Shown: positions 58,096 through 64,000 of the stretch, piece by piece | How the letters are laid out: every line of letters begins with the position of its first letter | Numbering within the stretch: position 1 is the first letter of the stretch | Source of the DNA: an uncultured bacterium | Lineage (GTDB): Bacteria > SAR324 > NAC60-12 | Assembly: GCA_965662235.1 (NCBI GenBank) | Contig: CBFIGY010000015.1 | Span: 1-64,000 of the forward strand | Length of the DNA: 64,000 bases | Direction of reading: 5' to 3' | Notes under the pieces: generated by a model | The model's database searches: none | Told to the model about the DNA's origin: nothing | What the model saw: only the letters and a program-made list of their open reading frames with translations | Made by a program: the position numbers and the translations under genes

Positions 58096-59247
58096 TCAGC
58101 TGTAAGGATCGGCGGCATCCCGGAGTCCGTCTCCGAGGATGTTGAGGGCCAGCACGGTGATGATCACCGCCAGTCCCGGAAGCAGCAGCCACGGCGCCAG
58201 CGCAATGGACTGCAGGTTCTGAGCTTCCTGAAGCAGCACCCCCCAGCTGATGGCCGGAGGCCGGAGGCCCAGTCCGAGGAAGCTGAGGAAGGTCTCGTTG
58301 ATGATCATGACCGGAATGGCGAGGGTGCTGGTGGCAATGATGTGACTGGTGAAGGTGGGCAGCATGTGCCGGAAGATGATGCGCATCTGGCTGCATCCGG
58401 CGAGGTGAGCCGCCATGACAAAGTCCTCCTCCCGCATCGAAAGAAAACGTCCCCGCACCTCTCGCCCCAAGGTGGTCCACCCGAGCAGAGAGAGGATGAG
58501 GGTGATGGCAAAGTACGTCTGCTCCACCGTCCAGTCTCGAGGGAGCGCTGCAGTCAGTGCCATCCAGATGGGAATGGGAGGCAGGGACTGCAGGATCTCA
58601 ATCAGTCGCTGGATCACGAGGTCGATCCAGCCGCCGTAGTAGCCCGAAATGCCTCCGAGGAGGATGCCCAGCACAATGCTGAGCAGCACCGAGACCAGTC
58701 CAATGGAAAGCGACACCCGGGTGCCATGCATCAAGCGAGACCACTGATCCCGGCCCAGACGATCTGTTCCCAGCAGGTGAAAGGTCTGACGAGAGCTGAG
58801 GGATTCAACTCCAATCAGGTGCCGGTTGGTGGTGAACAGTCCCAGCACTTCATACTCGTACCCCTGCGCAAACAGCGTCAGTGGAATGATCTTCGATTCA
58901 TCTGGAACCCACTCCATCTTCAAGGTGGTCCGGTTCCGTTTCCCCTTCAGCGGAACCGCGTGCAGCTGCAGCTTCCCGTCATGGAAGAGGTGGATGCCCT
59001 GCACCGGCATGAAGGACTTCCGGGCGCTGGTCTTGTTGGGGTCCTGCAGACTGAAGAAGTCTGGAACCAGCGCAATCAGGGCCACAACAATGAGGATCCA
59101 GCCACTGATGAGCGCCAGCTTGTGCTTCTTGAAACGCCACCACACCAGCTTCCAATTGGGAGCCAGGTCAATGGCCTCTTCCGCCTGAAGCGGTTCTTCG
59201 GGACGAGACGCCGAGGGGGGAGGCGAAGGAGAGGACGACACAGTCAT
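58096..59247 (-). CDS. ABC transporter permease (OppC-like)
   Basis: LLGTDRLGRD, EAA-like loop FVMAAHLAG and LSFLGLG. Confidence 0.92.
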   Translation of the reverse strand: MTVSSSPSPPPSASRPEEPLQAEEAIDLAPNWKLVWWRFKKHKLALISGWILIVVALIALVPDFFSLQDPNKTSARKSFMPVQGIHLFHDGKLQLHAVPLKGKRNRTTLKMEWVPDESKIIPLTLFAQGYEYEVLGLFTTNRHLIGVESLSSRQTFHLLGTDRLGRDQWSRLMHGTRVSLSIGLVSVLLSIVLGILLGGISGYYGGWIDLVIQRLIEILQSLPPIPIWMALTAALPRDWTVEQTYFAITLILSLLGWTTLGREVRGRFLSMREEDFVMAAHLAGCSQMRIIFRHMLPTFTSHIIATSTLAIPVMIINETFLSFLGLGLRPPAISWGVLLQEAQNLQSIALAPWLLLPGLAVIITVLALNILGDGLRDAADPYS

Positions 59248-59269
59248 GAAGCAAGAAGAGTGAAAAAGT

Positions 59270-60760
59270 TCAAAGGGGCATCCCGGCTTGGTGCCAGCCA
59301 TCGAGGGTGGCGCGACGGCGGCTCCAGGTGTCAGCGGGATACGGGCGGTCCCAGTTCCGCTGGTGTCCGGGGTGATCAGGAGTCAGGGTCATGTACGGGT
59401 ACGACTTTTCCTGGTGCCCATCGGTCAGGCCCTGCATCAGGTGCCGGAAGAGCGCGGCGTCTAGGTCCTGCTGCAGCGGAGCCAGAGCTGGGTCGCCCCA
59501 GCGGTTGTGCTGCTCCTGGGGATCGGCTTCTAGGTCGTGCAGCGTCACCAGTCCATTTTTGTAACGCGAGAGCTTCCAGGAATCCTGCAGGAGCATCGTG
59601 CCAACTCCAGTGGCGCCGAGTAGGTGAGTCCGGGATGTTGCCGTGGCGTCCTGAGGAAGGGGAACCGAGTCCTGCGTGCTGGCAGAAACGCCGGCCTGCT
59701 CAAGGAAAGTGGCAAACAGGTCGGTCAGGGACACCAGTGCCTGAGAGCGTCCGGGCGTGTAGGCCGAGCCGCGGACCAGCAGAGGAATGCGCAGGGACGG
59801 TTCATAAAAGAGGGCCTTGCCCACGAGGTCAAAGTCTCCGAGAAAGTCTCCATGGTCGGAGGCAAAGACAATGAGGGTTTCTCGAGAATCGTCCCGTTGC
59901 TCCAACGCCTCCAGAAGGCGTCCCACCTGCTGGTCAATGATCTCAATCAGGCCCAAGTAGTGCCGTCGGATGCGAGCCTTGGCTGCTTCAGGAAACTCCC
60001 GAAAGTCCGCCTGAGCAGAGCCGGTGAGGTGCGATTGAACGAATCCGGGGCGGAACTGCTCGGAATCCGCGGTGCCGGGCACAGCTCTGGGGACGTCCCG
60101 GTCCTGAACCCGATCCAGCACTTCCTGAGGTGGATTGTATGGGTCATGAGGACCGGCAAAAGCCACCCAGAGGAAAAACGGTTCCTCAGCCGGGGCTTGC
60201 TGAAGGAAATCCACGGCCCGGTCGCCAATCCAGACGTCCACCTGGTGTTCCAGAGGAATGGGGCTGATGGACGCCATTCGTCCTTCGCGGTACTCCGGTT
60301 CTTCTGGGCCTGCGAGCTTGCGGAGTCCGTGAGTCGCAAGGTAGTCTGCGTAATCATCCTGAATGTGCAGGTGCCGCTTGTCCTCCGCGATCCAACGGTG
60401 CTGAAACCCCTCTGGGCGGTCCCAGGGAATAAAGTGCATCTTGCCAATGGCCTCTGTATGGTACCCCTGTTGCGCAAGCAGCGTCGCTAGGGTAGGAAGG
60501 CCACAGGCATCATGATCGGGCCGGAGCCAGTAGTTGTTGGTCAATACTCCGGTGGAGAGCGCGTTGTGTCCGGTCAGCAATGATGCCCGGGCAGGAATGC
60601 AGATCGGGGATGGCGAGTAGGCACGTTCAAAGACCAGACTCTGGGCTGCCAACCGATCCAGGTGTGGCGTTTGCGCAAAGGAGGCCCCGGCGTACCCCAG
60701 AAAGTCGGGACGCAGCTGATCGGGCATCAAGAAGAGGATGTTCGGAGGCGCCGACGTCAT
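59270..60760 (-). CDS. Cytoplasmic Cys-type (formylglycine) sulfatase
   Basis: PNILFLMPDQLR, CIPARASLLTG, GKMH, PHDP and SDHG motifs; no signal peptide. Confidence 0.9.
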   Translation of the reverse strand: MTSAPPNILFLMPDQLRPDFLGYAGASFAQTPHLDRLAAQSLVFERAYSPSPICIPARASLLTGHNALSTGVLTNNYWLRPDHDACGLPTLATLLAQQGYHTEAIGKMHFIPWDRPEGFQHRWIAEDKRHLHIQDDYADYLATHGLRKLAGPEEPEYREGRMASISPIPLEHQVDVWIGDRAVDFLQQAPAEEPFFLWVAFAGPHDPYNPPQEVLDRVQDRDVPRAVPGTADSEQFRPGFVQSHLTGSAQADFREFPEAAKARIRRHYLGLIEIIDQQVGRLLEALEQRDDSRETLIVFASDHGDFLGDFDLVGKALFYEPSLRIPLLVRGSAYTPGRSQALVSLTDLFATFLEQAGVSASTQDSVPLPQDATATSRTHLLGATGVGTMLLQDSWKLSRYKNGLVTLHDLEADPQEQHNRWGDPALAPLQQDLDAALFRHLMQGLTDGHQEKSYPYMTLTPDHPGHQRNWDRPYPADTWSRRRATLDGWHQAGMPL

Positions 60761-61746
60761 TCATCCTCCAGACGGATCCGGGGGTCCAGCCACGCCAGCA
60801 GGATGTCGGAGATCAGGGTTCCGACCACGGCCAGCATCATGTAGAAGAGGATGATGGTGCCCGCAAGGAACATGTCCTGGCTGATGAGGGCCCGGAGCAG
60901 CATCGGCCCGATGGTGGGCAGGTTCATCACCGTAGCGACGATCACGCTTCCGGAGAAGATCAAGGGCAGGTACCAGCCGATGGTGCTCACCAGCGGATTC
61001 AGAGCCAGCCGAACCGGATACTTGAGGACGAGGCTCCACTCCGACATGCCCTTGGCCCGGGCCATTTCCATGTAAGGCTTCTTCAGCTCGTCCAGCAGGT
61101 TGGCCCGCATGACCCGGGCGAGTCGGGCGGTGCCGTCGAGTCCGAGGATGACCACCGGGAGCCAAAGGTGCTTGAGGAGGTCAATGACCCGCTCTGTGCT
61201 CCAGGGGGCGTCGACGTACTCCGCGGAAAAGAGTCCGGTCACACTGACGCCGTAGTACTTGAACGCGATCCACATCAGCACCAGCGCGGTCATGAAGGTG
61301 GGGGTTGCAACCCCGATGTAGTTAAAAATCGTAAAGAAGTAATCCAGCAACGAGTACTTGCGGGTGGCCGAAAGGATGCCAATGGGAATGGCAATGGCCC
61401 AGGTAAACAAGAAGGTCCCGAGCCCGAGCGCCAGGGTCAGCCCCATGCGTTCGCCAATCAGCTCGCTGATGGGACGTTGCCAGTCAAGGGAGACGCCGAG
61501 GTCTCCGGTCAGCATGCGACTCATCCAGCGGAAGTACTGCATGTACATGGGCTGGTCGAGTCCGTAAAGGGCGCGTAGGGCGTCAATCTGAGCCCGTTCC
61601 ATGGACGATCCGGACGCGGCCAGCTCAGCGATGTAGCTGGTCAGGAAGTCCCCCGGAGGCGCCTGGATGAGCGCGAAGGCGATGATGGAGAAGATGAGCA
61701 GCAGAAACGGCAGCAGCAGGAGCCGCTTGATGATGTAGTACAGCAT
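60757..61746 (-). CDS. ABC transporter permease (OppB-like)
   Basis: YIIKRLL, PPGD, GLDQP, GDLGVS and ARAKG motifs. Confidence 0.93.
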   Translation of the reverse strand: MLYYIIKRLLLLPFLLLIFSIIAFALIQAPPGDFLTSYIAELAASGSSMERAQIDALRALYGLDQPMYMQYFRWMSRMLTGDLGVSLDWQRPISELIGERMGLTLALGLGTFLFTWAIAIPIGILSATRKYSLLDYFFTIFNYIGVATPTFMTALVLMWIAFKYYGVSVTGLFSAEYVDAPWSTERVIDLLKHLWLPVVILGLDGTARLARVMRANLLDELKKPYMEMARAKGMSEWSLVLKYPVRLALNPLVSTIGWYLPLIFSGSVIVATVMNLPTIGPMLLRALISQDMFLAGTIILFYMMLAVVGTLISDILLAWLDPRIRLEDE

Positions 61747-61771
61747 TCCGGGAAGTGCCCGATGAAGAAAA

Positions 61772-61793
61772 CCGGAGCCCCGAAAGGCTCCGG
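61772..61793 (-). terminator. Hairpin between the SBP and permease genes (mRNA stabiliser or attenuator)
   Basis: CCGGAGCC-ccgaaa-GGCTCCGG followed by TTTTCTT on the minus strand. Confidence 0.5.
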
Positions 61794-61834
61794 AAGAGGA
61801 GGCCCCTTCTGCTCATGAAGAGGCCTGAACGGTG

Positions 61835-63748
61835 TTACTTGGTGAAGAAGTACTGCTCCAGTCGCGTGTCTCCCGGCGTCCGCAGCGGCCAGTCGTTTCC
61901 GGCAACTTCCGGAACGTTCCGGAGGTTGTCGTTGGCGACCAGCACCCCTTGGATCATCGGGGTCATGCCGACGGTGCCGATTTCCCAAACGTTGTCCGCC
62001 CAGATGCGGAACAGCTCCTGAGCCAGAGCGACCTGTCGGTTGCGCCCCGAGGTCTTGGCTTCATCAATGATGTCCACCAAGCGCTTGATCTCAGCAGGCG
62101 GTGCCTGTCCTTCCTTGCCACCGGACGCGTACCACTTGGCAACAAGCGGGGCAAAGGTCAGGGCAGGGTCGCTGCGGGGGTCAAACTTCGGCTGTCCGCT
62201 GAAGGGGAATCCGGTGGTGTCCTCGTTCCAGATTTCCGCCATCAGCTCGTTGGCCGGACGCATGGCAAAGTGCTGAGCACGCTCCCGAACCTCAACGTGG
62301 GCCTTGACGCCCACCTCTGCCCAGTTTTCCACAATCAGCTGCGCAATGTCGGTCCAGGCGCCAAACTGCGGCACCACGCTGATTTCAATGTCCAGTGTCT
62401 GACCATTGGGCAGCGTGCGGAAGCCCTGAGCATCCTTGTTGGGCAGAATGGAGTCGAGGATCTGGTTCGACTGGTTGGGGTTCAACTCCGTGTAGCGGAA
62501 CGCGTACTCATCCCCCGGATAGTAAGGATGGAACGGAGCCGGAACTCCTTGGCGTGACTCGCCCAGGCCAAAGAAGGCGAGTTCCTTGATGGCCTCACGG
62601 TCGATGGCGTGTGAGAGGGCGATCCGGAACTGCTTGTTGCGGAAAAGCTCTCCCTCGGGTCCCTGCCAGGTCTGGTTAAACATCACCACGGCGTCTGAGC
62701 CTCCGAACGTCGGCCAGGTGACCACTCGGTAGTTCGCGTTCCCTTCGTTCTCCTTGAGCACCGGGTAGCTGCTCATGTTGATGTGACGTCCCTGGAAGTC
62801 GATCTCTCCAGCCACAGCGGCCAGGTTGAGGGCTTCCTTGTCCGCGTAGAAGGTGAAGCGGATCTCATCGATGTACGGCAGCTGGTTGCCTTCCGGATCC
62901 ACGCCAACGAAGTAGGGGTTGCGCTTGATGGTGAACACCTTGTCCGAGACGGTGGTGCCATCTGGAACCCAGGCAGCCATTCCCGGGCGGTTGCCGCTCA
63001 GGTGAGGCAGGGCTTCCACGGCAAACAGTTGCGTCCAGGTATCAAACCCGGCGGCCTGCACCTTCTGGTTCAGGTCAGCCTGAGAGGCATACTTGGGGTG
63101 GAACTGCTTGAGGTAGTGCTCTGGCACAAACACGAGGTTGCTGATCGACTTGTCTGCACCGTCTAGGTTGGCCATGTTCAGCAGGAACGCTGTGTTCGGC
63201 TGCTTGAAGGTCCACTTGACAAGGTAGTCGGTGAGCTTCTCAACGGTGGCAGTGGAGCCGTCGTCGTTCTTCATCCAGCCAACGCCTCCGGGCATCAGCT
63301 CGTCATTCAGCAGAATGTCGTTGTACCAGAAGAGGATGTCATCGGCGGTGAAGGGCTGACCGTCTGACCACTTTGCTCCGGGACGCAGGCGAATGATCCA
63401 CTCGGTGAAGTCCGCATTGGACTCCCAGCCGGCGGCAATGTGCGGCACAATCTGGCTGCCGTCCGGGGCATAACGGACCAGAGCGTCGTAGACGGCCCGG
63501 GTGTAGTTGTTGTGGTCTCCAGGGCCTAGGAAGGCGCGACGGAGGGTGCCTCCGTATTCCCCAATCTGATCAACGACGGGAAGCATGAGGGGAATTTCAG
63601 GAAGGCGCTCATTCAGCGGAGGCAGGTCGCCGGCCTTGACACGGGCAGCGAGCTCGGGAGCCTCCCCGGCTGAGGCGCTTCCGGCTCCCAGAAGAGCCGC
63701 CAGGCCCAAGGCCCCTAGCGATTTCAGGAGAGGAGAAGTCAGTTTCAT
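61835..63748 (-). CDS. Family 5 ABC substrate-binding protein (oligosaccharide-type)
   Basis: Signal peptide; EAPELAARVKAGDLPPLNERLP, YGGTLR, KWSDGQPFTADD and RNPYF..VD.EGNQLPYID motifs. Confidence 0.92.
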   Translation of the reverse strand: MKLTSPLLKSLGALGLAALLGAGSASAGEAPELAARVKAGDLPPLNERLPEIPLMLPVVDQIGEYGGTLRRAFLGPGDHNNYTRAVYDALVRYAPDGSQIVPHIAAGWESNADFTEWIIRLRPGAKWSDGQPFTADDILFWYNDILLNDELMPGGVGWMKNDDGSTATVEKLTDYLVKWTFKQPNTAFLLNMANLDGADKSISNLVFVPEHYLKQFHPKYASQADLNQKVQAAGFDTWTQLFAVEALPHLSGNRPGMAAWVPDGTTVSDKVFTIKRNPYFVGVDPEGNQLPYIDEIRFTFYADKEALNLAAVAGEIDFQGRHINMSSYPVLKENEGNANYRVVTWPTFGGSDAVVMFNQTWQGPEGELFRNKQFRIALSHAIDREAIKELAFFGLGESRQGVPAPFHPYYPGDEYAFRYTELNPNQSNQILDSILPNKDAQGFRTLPNGQTLDIEISVVPQFGAWTDIAQLIVENWAEVGVKAHVEVRERAQHFAMRPANELMAEIWNEDTTGFPFSGQPKFDPRSDPALTFAPLVAKWYASGGKEGQAPPAEIKRLVDIIDEAKTSGRNRQVALAQELFRIWADNVWEIGTVGMTPMIQGVLVANDNLRNVPEVAGNDWPLRTPGDTRLEQYFFTK

Positions 63749-63874
63749 GTGTTGTCCTTGTTAGGGCTAGAACCAGTTCCAGCGTTGTTGAAACCACGGT
63801 TGTCGCACAACCGTCACCACGATTGGAGCCATGCTCCCAGGTCAGGTCATAGGCATCGTTTTCAGGGTTAGGGT

Positions 63875-64000
63875 TCAGAGAGAAAGTTGCGACGCAGAGT
63901 CCGGATCCAGGTAGAGCCGGGCGTGCGAGATGGTCCGGAGGATGGAGCCCGGATGGGCTTCCGTCACCGGAAGCGTCAGGCAGGCCTTCACGGCCTCAGC
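63875..64000 (-). CDS. C-terminus of a NagB-like glucosamine-6-phosphate deaminase/isomerase (runs off the window edge)
   Basis: Manual translation AEAVKACLTLPVTEAHPGSILRTISHARLYLDPDSASQLSL* matches the NagB-family C-terminal pattern. Confidence 0.7.
   Translation of the reverse strand, partial: AEAVKACLTLPVTEAHPGSILRTISHARLYLDPDSASQLSL

Noticed and set aside
58088..58480. N-terminal extension of the OppD-like ORF
   Set aside because: Overlaps the permease in another frame; the real start is most likely MSTTPLL at 58087.
58342..59874. 510-aa plus-strand ORF (also 54106-55248, 60580-61578, 23575-24693 and minus-strand 16049-17152)
   Set aside because: Antisense shadows of well-supported genes.
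1..64000. tRNA, rRNA, CRISPR array, IS element or prophage
   Set aside because: Intergenic gaps are short and show no cloverleaf, repeat-spacer periodicity, transposase or phage structural genes.

Overview
A gene-dense bacterial chromosomal window of about 60% GC (estimated by eye). Gene content suggests a marine, SAR324/deltaproteobacteria-like organism; this is inference. No rRNA, tRNA, CRISPR array, integrase or transposase was seen. Left to right: (1) the N-terminal part of recB; (2) a complete minus-strand cbb3 oxidase locus, ccoN-O-Q-P-DUF4006-like, then an APH/AAA kinase, a persulfide dioxygenase and ccoG-H-I-S-usp, with subunits resembling Campylobacterota proteins; (3) a divergent OmpR-family two-component system, an exported rhodanese and an orphan pstS with a Pho-box-like repeat; (4) a four-gene envelope operon: outer-membrane beta-barrel, two lipoproteins and a degenerate UshA-like/tetraheme cytochrome c fusion; (5) housekeeping genes trpB2, acuI/yhdH-like, rnhA, ytfJ-like and aceB, plus a degenerate histidine kinase; (6) a BI-1/YccA and PBP1A pair followed by a caspase-FGE lipoprotein, an ECF-like sigma, a zf-HC2 anti-sigma and an M48-TPR protease; (7) thrH, rlmB, xseA, an M48-TPR protease, a TraB-family protein, recC, hisI, a penicillin acylase and a lone phage-type Sm-like gene; (8) a uronate-catabolism locus with an Opp-type ABC transporter, an embedded sulfatase, uxaC, uxuB and a partial nagB-like gene. 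The best candidates for an undescribed system are the caspase/sigma/anti-sigma/M48 module (33938-39335) and the barrel/lipoprotein/multiheme operon (17712-23158). All family calls come from motif recognition by eye; no database searches were run.
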